Shown piece by piece: positions 1 to 12,384 of a DNA stretch of 64,000 bases (positions are counted from its first letter, which is position 1; each line of letters opens with the position of its first letter). Under the pieces are notes generated by a model. The model made no database searches, was not told where the DNA came from, and worked only from the letters and a program-made list of their open reading frames with translations. The stretch comes from Octopus bimaculoides. Taxonomy: Eukaryota. The position numbers and the translations under genes are program-made. The stretch lies in contig NC_069002.1 of the NCBI RefSeq assembly GCF_001194135.2, forward strand, positions 3,915,284 to 3,979,283, in the 5' to 3' direction.

Positions 1-41
<41 letters not shown>

Positions 42-43
<2 letters not shown>

Positions 44-229
44 CGCAGGAGTGGCTGTGTGGTAAGTAGCTCATTTTAGAAGTACATTTCCCTAGTTCCT
101 GTGATGACCAATGATGGTTCTGGGTTCAGTGCCACTACGTGGCACCTTGGGCAAGTGTCTTCTACTATAGCCTCAGGCCAACCAAAGCCTTGTGAGTGGA
201 TTTGGTAGACGGAAACTGGAAGAAGCCCG
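42..229 (+). mobile_element. SINE family A, 5' half
   Basis: Same head and central domain as 9275-9668, preceded by (TA)n. Other partial copies lie at about 11072-11162, 12393-12449, 21120-21280, 24241-24330, 37120-37280, 41420-41580, 51150-51350, 54425-54480 and 56020-56140. Confidence 0.8.
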
Positions 230-939
230 ACATATATGTATATGTTTGTGTGTGTGTGTGTGTTTATAAATTTGTCTTGCAAGATTCCTGATGTGAAATT
301 GTGTCTAAAAAAAAAGGAGGAAACACGTGGATAGAAGAGTCACTGAAGAGGTCACAGATGTGTGAGGAAAGATTTCCAGACAATGGATACAAGTTAAAAT
401 AAGAATAATAATAAACAAATGAAGAAATGAATATATATTGCGTGTTTATTTGGCAAAAAATTAAAATGACTATCCCAAAATATATCAGGTCATTAAGAAT
501 GAAATGTCTAATTTTGGACTGGAAGTTTATTTTACTTATCCCAACAAAAAGCAATGCAGTTAAAGTATGCACCAAAATTATCAACACAATTTTTGCCATT
601 TTATCAGTAGTTCATTTGTGTCAGCAGCGGAGAATAATAAAGCAACAATTTTTTAATAAAGCAACAAATTTTTAAGACACAAAACTCAGCAGTTTTCTAA
701 ACAATTATTCTGGTAACATTGATTAAATAACACTTTGGAGTTGTGTTCAAACCATTCAATAATGAAATGAGCCTGGAGTTTATCATAAGACAACATTCAG
801 GGGAGATTTATTCCACTAAAGAAAACTACAGGTACCTTTATAAATGACAGAAATGTTTCTTGGACAAGATGAGTAAACGAAATTACCAATTGAGAATATG
901 TATGCTGAAGGTTACAGAAACAAGAGTAAGATGAAAGAC

Positions 940-1089
940 AAAGAAAATGGTATTCAAAAGACAGCCATACCTTTTTTGTATGTGTCCTGTACACCTGTAG
1001 TCACTAATATCGCCAAAGAAAATGGTATTCAAAAGACAGCCATACCTTTTTTGTGTGTGTCCTGTACACCTGTAGTCACTAATATTGCC
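940..1089 (+). repeat. 75-bp direct tandem duplication
   Basis: 940-1014 and 1015-1089 differ at only 2 positions. Confidence 0.95.
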
Positions 1090-2080
1090 AAATGTTGTTT
1101 GGAAGTAACAAAATTCTTCAGTTTAGTTCAACTGAGCCAGAATTATTTCTCTGCATCAACTCAGCATTAGCAAATTCTAACTAGCTACATGCAAGATATT
1201 AAGCCAGTACAAGATATTAAGCCAGTATATGAAACAAAATCAATTGGTTCAATGCTTTGGGACCACTGTGATTTTTATCTTAGCAATAAAAATGATTCTT
1301 TAATAGAAATTGGTGAAGAGAGAAGTCTTGGAAATACTGATTTGGAACAACAGCTTCTTCTGATAGAATTTTTAAATTCTAGTTTGTTGTATCTCTTACA
1401 ATAACTCTTGTAAGCTGGCCACTATAAAGAAAGCAATCTAATTCAGTTACTAAACAATTACAAGTGACTAAGTATAACCTTCTGCACAGCTGGTGTGCGA
1501 TAAGGGCTTTCAACAAGTTTTGATAAATATTATTGAGATTGTATGGGAACAAGAGATAGTACAAGACATTGAGAAGAAATATGTTAAAATAGGAGAAACA
1601 AACAGCAGACTGAATGAGGCCCAAGATTTAAAACAGAAATTCAAACCAGTAATGCTGTCTGAAACCCTTTAGCAGTCAGATAACTCTACCATTTACAATG
1701 CTTATTTGCTTACATTGTTTCGAATTATTCCTGCATCATCTCATAACTAAGATTTCAATGATGTGATTATTTTTAGAATGAAAGTGTAGGACAGGAGTGA
1801 GAGGCTGGATATGGCCAGTTTGAATGTAAAACAGGTTGAGTATTTTGACCAAATATGGCCTGTTTAAGTGCTAAAGAATCAAACATATATATATATATAT
1901 ATATAATCAACAATACAGGTTTAATACCAGGATAAATATGGGTACAGACATAATCACATATACAGAGATATGGAGAACATCACTTTTACATGTCAATGGT
2001 ATATGTTATTTGGTATAGCAAAATGAGACAATTCATAGCAAGAGAGTGTAAGACAGAGGGGGGGAGATGGGCAATGGTAG

Positions 2081-2117
<37 letters not shown>

Positions 2118-2477
2118 ATGGTAGTAAATGACCAAGGGAGTGAGAGGGAAAGAAAGAATTATAGTAAATGACAGAGAGAGAAAAAGGGAATGATAGTGAA
2201 CGATAGAAATAGAGAAGTAATACAATGCAAAATTAAGAGAAACGGTATAACAAAAACTGAGACAGACAAACGGAAAGAAAGGAAGAAAGAAGGAAGGAAA
2301 GGACATAGGGATGAATGGATATGGAGATGGAGAGGAAGAGAAATAAATGACGAAATATGTGAGTCTGAGAATGATAAAAGGAAACTGACAGGAAGTGGGA
2401 AAAGTAACTGAAAGATGACATAACGAAATGAGGGGAAACGGTGCGAGAGTCGAAACAAGATCATTACGAATAACTAC

Positions 2478-2820
2478 ACACACACACACACACACAAATA
2501 TGCACATTTATATACACATACATACACATATCTATAAATATATATACGCATATATACACACAAAAACATATATATATGCACATATATATACACATATATA
2601 CATTTATATACATATATACACAAATATACATATACATATATACATATATATATACATATACACACATATATACATATACACACATATATATACATATACA
2701 CACATATATATACATATACACACACACACATATATACATATATACACATATACCCACACATATATACATATACACACACACATATATATATACACATTTG
2801 GTATATATATATATATATAT
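2478..2820. repeat. Compound (CA)/(TA)/TATACA microsatellite
   Basis: Direct reading of the sequence. It is preceded by a GA-rich low-complexity tract at about 2040-2460. Confidence 0.95.
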
Positions 2821-3926
2821 CATCTTTTAGCTCTTATTTAAATTGATATGCATACACAATTGTACGATTAACAACCTTACATGTGAGAATTTTGCAACGT
2901 TGATAACAGATACAATATTTTTACCAAATTTTGGTATAGATCTATAAATAATGTCAAATAAATTGGTGGGCTTTTGCACAAACTTAATAGTAATGTAAAT
3001 TCCGATATAATGGCAAATCTATAGAAAATTTCATTGAAAACAGAGCATGTAATTTGCTAAAAGTTATGAGGAAACAAAGTCAGTGGTGATGGAAGCCCAC
3101 TTGTTTAGTATGCTTACTTTTTATATATAGAGAGAGAAGAAGAGGTTATAAATTTCGTTTTTTCATTCATGTGACAAAGAACAAAACGAAGTTTACAAAA
3201 CACTATGGAGACAACATAACAAGTGTCGTCACTGGATCAGTTTTTAGACACAAAATAATACATTAAGTCATAAAGAAAATAACAGCAAACACATTTCTTA
3301 TTATCCAAGAGAAGAAACAGAAAAGAGAAAAACATTACGAACCTCAATAATTAATGTAGATTGAATATAACATTTAATTTAATTTTTTTTTTAAATTATT
3401 ATAAGGCTGTGTACGTGTTTGCCTCTGTTCTCTTTCTCACTTTCTCTCTTCTGATAATTACTACAATTAAGCACTTTGGGATTGCTGATGACCGGAGTTT
3501 GGACACTTAGTTACATAGATTGTATCCTAATAAATTATACGATTAATTTCATTTAAGTCTTTGCATTAATTTCAACCAAAACCGATTAAGATAGAAGCAA
3601 CAAAGAATGTTTTTGATTATCTTAGTTTAGTTTTCGTGGTTGTGTAGACCGTGTATTTATATCTCTTTTGATTATTATTATTTTTTTTTTCTAATTTATG
3701 GTACAAATACGAAGAAAATATATGTTAGATATTATAACAAGAATCACACTCGAAAGACCACAAAAGATAAATAATGATCAATAAAAGACGTCTTTTTAAA
3801 TTAACAAAAACATGAATAAATGTAGTTTGCTTCAGTTCATTTCAATTATTTTTCGTAAAGACAGAGAGAGAAAAAGAAAAGGAAGACTAAAATTAGAAAG
3901 CGTGACAAACCCATTAAAATCATACA

Positions 3927-3958
<32 letters not shown>

Positions 3959-4328
3959 CATACTCATACACACATAAACACATACATGTCAAAAGTAAAT
4001 AGACACCTTTCGTTATTCCGTTATATCTGTGCGGACACTATTCCTTGGTACGATGCCCAAACGGGTTAAAATCATTAAAATTTTGCGCAAGGCGTGTCTA
4101 CTAAATACTAGATTACGTATTTAAACGCATCAAACGACATCCTTTGGTTTCTAGAAATAAATCTTTCGAAAACGATGTCTATTTAATTCCGAGATGTCTG
4201 CGCGCTCGCCTGTACATATACACACATTATATATATAGGTGATATATATNNNNNNNNNNNNNNNNNNNNNNNNNNNNNNNNNNNNNNNNNNNNNNNNNNN
4301 NNNNNNNNNNNNNNNNNNNNNNNNNNNN

Positions 4329-4364
<36 letters not shown>

Positions 4365-5093
4365 CCTACAATGTTCAATTATACAGAGAAGAAAGAGGCG
4401 ACTGTCTTCTTTGCATGTCTGATTATATTTCTATATTTCTCTCTTTCGCTGTCTTTCAGTCCCCGATTTTTTTTTTATTCTCATACGCACCTGCTTCTTT
4501 CTTTATCTTCCGGATAAACGTCAGTAAATTAAGGTCTCGTAGTACATTCAGACTGCAACGACGAAGGAATATATCACATCTCGTCTGAGGAAGAACACGA
4601 ACCAGCAAAATGAGAGAGAGATAGACAGATACAAGAAGTGTCAGAGACACGAGACATCTGTTCCAATAAACGTTTACATCACACGCTGACCGGTTGCTTT
4701 CTCTCAGAGGTTAGAAGAACTGTGCCGTAAACCGATTACCTCAGTCGCTCGACTTATTATGAATTTAAAGGAGATAATCTACCACCATATAAACTCTCTT
4801 GCTTTCTTTTTTCATCACACTATTTATAATATTGATTACTATTAGTGTAGGTATATAACATAATATATGTGTGTGTGTGTGTGTGTATATATAATATAAA
4901 TAAATATATATAAATATATATATACAGATGTACACATAATTTTACATACATATATAATTATATATACATACATATATTTATGTATATAAATTATATACTT
5001 ATATAAATATACATATATATATACGTTTACGTATTTGGCAAAAGATGACCATCCCCAAGTATAATAACATATACATAATTATATATATATGTG

Positions 5094-5153
<60 letters not shown>

Positions 5154-5154
<1 letters not shown>

Positions 5155-5405
5155 CATCATCATCATCATTGCGTTTAGCGACTCTTTTCCATGCTGGCAT
5201 GGGTTGCACGGTTTGACTGAGGTCTGGAAAGCCAGCGGCTGCACCAGACTCCAGTCTGATCTGGCAATGTTTCAACAGCTGAACGCCCTTCCTAACACCA
5301 ACCACTCCGAGAGTGTAGTGGGTGCTTTTTATGTGCCACCGGCACAGGAGCCAGTCAGGTGGACCTGGCATCGACCACGTTTGGATGGTGCTTTTTACGC
5401 ACCAT
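5154..5405 (-). mobile_element. Retroposon with (GAT)n 3' tail (family D)
   Basis: (CAT)n followed by TTTCCATGCTGGCATGGGTTG..GCCCTTCCTAACACCAACCACTCCGAGAGTGTAGTGGGTGC. Near-identical sequence at 11414-11670; related pieces at 5905-6300, 8500-8595, 13665-13800, 38720-38870 and 46990-47170. Confidence 0.75.
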
Positions 5406-5674
5406 CTAAACATTGTCGATGCCAGGTCCGACTGACTGTCCTTAATAATTTCTAATTAAGGTACAAGCCAAGCAGTTTATTTTTGGTGACGGTCATGGTG
5501 GAGAAGCGAACAGATGATTATGTCAAAACCCAGTGCTTTATTTTATTGACTCTAAAATGATGAAAGGTAAAAATGACTATGGAGGAATGCGATATCAGAA
5601 TGTGAAGGGCCGGAATAAAGATTGCTTTTCTCGTTTTCACTCGTTGTGTATAAAATTAAAATATAAAAAAAAGT

Positions 5675-5740
<66 letters not shown>

Positions 5741-7035
5741 ATCCAGCAGTGCTTTCAAAGCCACTCTCCTGATGACATGTGGGTACACAGCTGCTGGTAT
5801 ATCATTGAAAACTCTGCAGCTAACAGCTGTTACAATGCAAAGAAACAATTGTTGTGATTTGTGATTAAAGCTTGCTTATTCTATCTTTCTGTTTTATAAA
5901 TTTATATCATCATCATCATCATCTTCATGAAGCAGCTGTTTTCCATGCTGGCATAGGTTAAACTATTCTATGCTTGCATAGATTAGACGGTTAGCTTGTA
6001 TGTCTGCTTTGGCATGGATTCCATGGTCGGATGCCCTTCCTAACGCCAGAGTGTACTGGATGCGTTTTACGTGTCACCGATATGGTACCCCTTTTATGTG
6101 TCATCGGCACGAGTGCCTTTTATGTGTCACCAGCACTGGCCACGACTACGATTTCACTTGGCTTGACGTGTCTTCTCGAACAGAGCAAATCGCCAGAAAT
6201 TTCGGTCAGTTGTCATCGCCTCCGTGAGACTCAGCTGCCGACGATCATGTTTTATTTGTCCACCTCGTCCCTCGTCTTCCTGGGTGAACGCCACATTTGT
6301 AGGTGAAACATTTCTTTTCATAACCGAGTGTTGTTAGTACTCAAAGGTTTCATGCAGGTAAATTTCGCAATTATTACACCGTAGTTTGAATAATATTGGC
6401 AACTCATCCATTTTTCTAATGCTAAATGCGAACGAGATATCAAACAAGGCACGAAGGCAAGTGGGTTAATTATGTGAGTAAAGGGAAGCAATCATTCAGG
6501 AATTGTTATATTGGTTACTTCCCTTGTGGAATTCAATTTTGGTAGCTGCTGACTACACACACAATTCATAGGAATCTTTTTATTAACTTCAATCTGTCCG
6601 AAGTTTCATTACCTTCCTACATTTATTCTAGTTGGCAAAATTTTTCCTTCTTTTTTTTCATCCATATCATACAGCATTATAACTTTTCCACGTCATAGCC
6701 GCATAACTTCATCTCTTTCTCCAGTTCTCAAGTACTACTAAGTTATTTTGAACTCAATTTTGCCTCCTTACTCCCATTGCATCTACAATAATGTCACTCA
6801 CTCATCACCTTTTTTTTCCAGTTTTTGTGAAACATTCTGAGTTCACTGACCACATTTTGATTTTCTTTTTTGAAAAAAAAAAAAGCAAAACAAAGAAAAT
6901 ATAACCCTGACACAAAACAATTGTTGTCAACATAATTTTTAATCACCTCTGTTATTATTTATTCTCTCGTTAATCAGAACAATGTATTTATGTCATTATC
7001 ACCATTAGCATAGTTTCTGACTGAGGTCATATTTA

Positions 7036-7213
7036 CCGTATTTTAATGTGTATAAAGAACCCTTGTAAATAAGGAACCTCCTAATTTGGGGGCTTGAAAT
7101 TTGGGAAAAAGGTTTCGTAAGGGATAATAATACTAGCCATGTATAAGAAACTCCCATATTTTTTTAACCTAATTTTTGACAAAAAAAGGTTCCTTCTACA
7201 TGTTAAAATACAG
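7036..7213. mobile_element. MITE, Tc1/mariner-pogo type (TA flanks)
   Basis: Terminal inverted repeats TA|CCGTATTTTAA...TTAAAATACAG|TA, with inner AAGAACC/GGTTCCTT also inverted. Confidence 0.65.
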
Positions 7214-9274
7214 TACATCTATTTTCAATGTATAGATGCTCTGTCTATTAAAGTATCTTTTGTAGACCATTAAATGAAAGTCAGCAAAACAGATAAGAGA
7301 CGAATTTCCTCCAGTATTGGATACCATGAGAGCACATGGCCTGGTGTTCGTAATTGCAAGATTGTGGTTTCAATTTCCAGACTGGGTGGTATGTTCTTGA
7401 GCATAGCTCCTGTCCACTCAGCTGTGAATGAGCGAACCTACAACAGACTGGTGACCCATTTAGTCACTTATACACCAGGGAATCAGGTAACTAGCTGCCC
7501 CATGGGTTTTAGGGCTTGAGATAGTAATGTTTGGGGTTTGAGGACGATGAGGATAAAACAGATGAGAGATAAATTTCCTCTAATTTTGGGTCATGGAGGC
7601 ACATGGCCCAGTGGTTAGTGGTGTTACACTCACAATTGCAAAATTGTGATTTCAATTCCCAAACTGGGTGGTACATTACATTCTTGAGCAAAACCCTTCA
7701 TTTCACATTGCTCCTGTCCACTCAGCTATAAATGAACGAACTGGTGTCCTGTTCAGGGGAAATGTTGGGATCTCAGTCACTCATGCACCATGGAAACGGG
7801 TTAACTGGCCCCCCAAAGAGTCTTAAAGTGCTAGATTTTGGGGTTCTTTGTTTTTATCATCTACTCAGAGATGGAAAGGCAATGCATATAACCATTTAGC
7901 TTTCAGGGTCTCCAAGAGTTGTTGGAGGAAAGAGAGGAAGTTATTCAAAGACTGGAGACCTGGCCAAGGATATCAAGACTGCAGCAAACCTGAAACTAAG
8001 GAACAAAATGCCATTGAGAGCAAGGAAGTTTGAAGTGTGGAGTCATCAGCATGGGCTTTTAGTGAGATCCTTATGGCCATTCCAAATGCATAAAATGTCA
8101 TTAACCAGAGCAGAGGGAATGAAAATGTGTGCTAACAAAACCCTACCAGAGTGGTTTGGACTGTAGCCTTTTTTTTTGGTTATGTGAGTCTTGATATGTT
8201 GGTGTGATGATAGACTGTGTGTTGTCCCATAATGTCGTTTAAATGACATTTACTTTTACAGAAGTATAATACGGTATTTATAATATTGCATAGTTGATTG
8301 CCAGTAATGTATAGGGGTGTGCTAGAAACAAATGCAGTTCACAATTACATCACTAACAGAAGAGATTAGTTTGACATGAAAAGCAGATTCTGCCAGCTCG
8401 TTGTCTTAAGCATTCCATATATTAATGATGGCAACAAATCACTTTGCATAATGTAAAGAAAGGTAAAGGAGGGGAGGTTGCAAACTGAACAAAACTCCAC
8501 CCTACTAGTTTTCAGTCAAACCGTCTAACCCATGCCAGCATGGAAAATGGGTGCTAAATGATGACGACAATGATGATGATAATGATGATGATGAACTTAA
8601 TATATCAAAATAAAAAAGCAATTACAGTTGTTTTATGAAGCCAGTCTGAATTCACAGTTGTTTTAGGACGTTACTGGGACACAGAGGTGAGGTGGGGGTT
8701 AACTACACAACTGGAAGACAAAAAGTTAAGTTGCATCTGTGTCTGTCTGTCTGTCCTGTAGACAATGGCAAATGCAAGGAGAGGAGGAGGGGGAGGAAGG
8801 GAAAGAAAAAGAATAACAAACCAAGAGGGAGGGAGAGAAGGAAGAAAGAGTAAAAAGAGGGAGAGGAGAACAACAACGAAAAGTGAGGGAGGAGGAGGAG
8901 GAGTGTGAAGTGTTGTGCTGGGGATTGGAGTGTGGAGTAGGAGGAAAAAGAGAAAGGAGGAGGGATGTTTGCGAGGAAGAGGGGATGTGAAAGAGGAAAG
9001 GGAATGTGAAGGAGAAAGGGGGGGGGCGTGGATGAAGAAGAACAGGAGATGATGATGATGATGATGGTGATGTGTAGGAGGGAGAGGAGGACCTTCTGAA
9101 ATGACTCCGATGTCTAATCCTTGACCTGCTACTTCAGCCTCAAATTCCACTTATTGCTAACATTCTGAGAATGCCGCTAACGATGGCTTCAAGAGGTCAG
9201 TTGATTAAATCAGTTCTCATCACANNNNNNNNNNNNNNNNNNNNNNNNNNNNNNNNNNNNNNNNNNNNNNNNNN

Positions 9275-9668
9275 TTTTACTTGTTTCAGTCATTTGACTG
9301 TGGCCATGCTGGAGCACCGTCTTTAGTCGAGTAAATCGACCCCAGGACTTATTCTTTGGATGCCTAGTACTTATTGTATCGGTCTCTTTTGCCGAACCGC
9401 TAAGTTACGGGAACGTAAACACACCAGCATCGGTTGTCAAGTGATGTTGGCGAACAAACACAGACATACATACATATATATATATATAGATATATACATA
9501 TATACGACAGGCTTCTTTCAGTTTCCGTCTACCAAATCCAATCACAAGGCTTTGGTCGGCCCGAGGCTATAGTAGAAGACACTTGCCCAAGGTGCCACGC
9601 AGTGGGAATGAACCCGGAACCATGTGGTTGGTAAGCAAGCAACTTACCACACAGCCACTCCTGCGCCT
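9275..9668 (-). mobile_element. Full-length tRNA-derived SINE (family A) with internal (TA/TG)n tract
   Basis: On the minus strand: head GGCGCAGGAGTGGCTGTGTGGTAAG..GGTTCATTCCC (A/B-box-like), central GCACCTTGGGCAAGTGTCTTCTACTATAGCC, a microsatellite, then the tail GGTGCTCCAGCATGGCCACAGTCAAATGACTGAAACAAGTAAAA. Confidence 0.85.
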
Positions 9669-10065
9669 ACACTATTGTTTTCTTTCCTTAATATTGTTTG
9701 TGCTGTTTTTGTTGTTGTGGTCATCCTTGTTTTTGCTTTGGGGCTTTGTCACTGTCCACTTGTCAGATAAGTGCTTACTCTTGTGTTCTACGCACCCAAT
9801 GAGACAAATAAACCAAAGATGTTGCTTAAGTGTCTCCCACTTGGGAGCAGCCCTTAAGCCTTTAGCATTTAAACCGGTCAGGTCATATCCGTCCCAAATA
9901 TTCAACGTCTTTTGAGTTCAAAACGGCTAGATTTGGCTTCTCAAACCTATCCTACAATGTCATTCTAAAAATAAACATTTACATCATCAAAATCTTGAAG
10001 CTACGAGATAATCTATGATTAAATCAAAACAATGGGAATAAATAAGGATTAAACGTGACAGAAAG

Positions 10066-10372
10066 AAGGCCCGTGGTTTGGGTATTCGGCTCACAATCGC
10101 AAGGTCATGAGTTCAATTCCCAGTGATGCATTGTGTCCTTGAGCAAGACATTTTATTTTCCTGTTGCTCCAGTCCTGCTCAGCTGGCGAAAACGAGTCGT
10201 ACCTCTTATTTCAAAGGGGCCAACCTTGTCACATTCTGTGTCACGCTGAATCTCCTTGAGAACTAATGTTAATGGTATACGTGTCTGTGGAGTACTCAGC
10301 CACTTGCACGTTAATTTCATGAGCAGGCTGTTCTGTTGATCGGATCAGCTGGAACCCTCATCGTTGTTTATG
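10066..10372 (+). mobile_element. tRNA-derived SINE (family F)
   Basis: tRNA-like head (GTGGTTTGGGTATTCGGCTCACAATC..GAGTTCAATTCCC), then TGTGTCCTTGAGCAAGACA..TTGCTCCAGTCC..CTCAGCTG. Related copies at 7310-7440, 7589-7760, 13430-13560, 33770-33910(-) and 60103-60340(-). Confidence 0.75.
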
Positions 10373-10706
10373 AGGAGGTAAACACACCAGTATCGGTTGT
10401 GGGGGATAAGCACAAAAAATGCACACATACATGCATATCACACGTATTTATATACACTATACACACATATATATGCTTCCACAGATTCCGTCTATCAAAT
10501 TCATAAATATCGCACGAGTCAACTCGGGGTAATAAATAAAAGGCACTTGCCCCAGGTGCCCCGATTGCAAAGCGAACTCCTTAAACTACACACACACACA
10601 TTTATATAAATACGTGTGTTTTTCTGCATGTATGTATGTATGTCTATTAGTGCGTGTGCGAACAAATATTATTTTTTTCACGTCTTACCGTAAACGGAAC
10701 TGCAGT

Positions 10707-10722
10707 AATTTGGCGCCAAATT
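10707..10722. promoter_or_regulatory. Palindromic double E2F site upstream of PRIM1 ATG
   Basis: Perfect 16-bp palindrome AATTTGGCGCCAAATT with TTTGGCGC (E2F consensus TTTSSCGC) on both strands, 30 bp before the ATG of a DNA-replication gene. Confidence 0.7.
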
Positions 10723-10752
10723 TCACTTCCAGTGAATACAACAAACTTAATA

Positions 10753-12337
10753 ATGCCTACATCGAGCACATACGATCCTGAGATTTTACCAAATTTATTG
10801 CCAACTTATTACAAACATCTCTTTCCATTTAACCCCTATTGTACATGGCTTCGATATGGTATCGGTAAGTGTGTTTTGAACATGTTTTCTTTTTTAATTT
10901 TAAAGAAATGTTTGGCATCTTGCATCTCGCCGTAATTTTTAGAGTTGATTTGAAACTTTTCAAGTATTTTGTTTTCAGCTATCTCTTTCCTTTTAAATTT
11001 TACTTATATTGTTTGTTCAACTTATATTTTCCGGTGTTTGTTAATCTTGCTTCCCAATCACATGATCTACGTTCAGTCCCACTGCGTGGCACCTTGGGCA
11101 TGTGTCTTCTACTATAGCCTTGGGCCGACCAAAGCCTTGTGAGTGGGATTTCGTAGACAGAATTTAGAGTCTCGAAAGTATAAGCAGCAGAATGTCATTT
11201 AAAACAATTAGTTATCAGGAAACAAAAACGTGCTTTTTGGGGCGGAGGTAAACAATACGTAAACCACCCGTTTTCGGCGTAACATTAACCTTAACACTAC
11301 CCACCGAACTGCTAAGTTTATGGAGATGTAAACACACTAGCACCGGTTGTCAAGCGGCGTGGCTGGGGGAACAGATACAAACACACACACACACACGTAT
11401 ATATATATATATATCATCATCATCATTTAACGTCCGCTTTCCATGCTAGTATGGGTTGGACGATTTGACTGGGGACTGGCGAACCAGATGGCTACACCAG
11501 ACTCCAATCTGATCTGGCAGAGTTTCTACAGCTGGATGCCCTTCCTAACGCCAACCACTCCGAGAGTGTAGTGGGTGCTTTTTACGTGCCACCGGCACGA
11601 GGGCCAGTCCAGCGGTACTGGCCACGCTCAAATGGTGTTTTTTACGTGCCACCTGCACAGGAGTCAGTCCTATATATATATATATNNNNNNNNNNNNNNN
11701 NNNNNNNNNNNNNNNNNNNNNNNNNNNNNNNNNNNNNNNNNNNNNNNNNNNNNNNNNNNNNNNNNNNNNNNNNNNNNNNNNNNNNNNNNNNNNNNNNNNN
11801 NNNNNNNNNNNNNNNNNNNNNNNNNNNNNNNNNNNNNNNNNNNNNNNNNNNNNNNNNNNNNNNNNNNNNNNNNNNNNNNNNNNNNNNNNNNNNNNNNNNN
11901 NNNNNNNNNNNNNNNNNNNNNNNNNNNNNNNNNNNNNNNNNNNNNNNNNNNNNNNNNNNNNNNNNNNNNNNNNNNNNNNNNNNNNNNNNNNNNNNNNNNN
12001 NNNNNNNNNNNNNNNNNNNNNNNNNNNNNNNNNNNNNNNNNNNNNNNNNNNNNNNNNNNNNNNNNNNNNNNNNNNNNNNNNNNNNNNNNNNNNNNNNNNN
12101 NNNNNNNNNNNNNNNNNNNNNNNNNNNNNNNNNNNNNNNNNNNNNNNNNNNNNNNNNNNNNNNNNNNNNNNNNNNNNNNNNNNNNNNNNNNNNNNNNNNN
12201 NNNNNNNNNNNNNNNNNNNNNNNNNNNNNNNNNNNNNNNNNNNNNNNNNNNNNNNNNNNNNNNNNNNNNNNNNNNNNNNNNNNNNNNNNNNNNNNNNNNN
12301 NNNNNNNNNNNNNNNNNNNNNNNNNNNNNNNNNNNNN

Positions 12338-12384
<47 letters not shown>

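Noticed and set aside
2428-2841. Overlapping ORFs rich in [12 protein letters not shown] (also near 5000, 22500, 29200, 30150)
   Set aside because: These are translations of (CA)n/(TA)n microsatellites, not genes.
4456-4650. 64-aa ORF resembling a signal peptide plus dibasic sites
   Set aside because: It starts at GTG, its hydrophobicity comes from a CT-rich tract, and it crosses a likely splice donor.
8671-9150. 159-aa ORF with poly-His and poly-Pro
   Set aside because: It derives from (GAT)n and GGA-rich low-complexity DNA, starts at a non-ATG codon, and has no splice or homology support.
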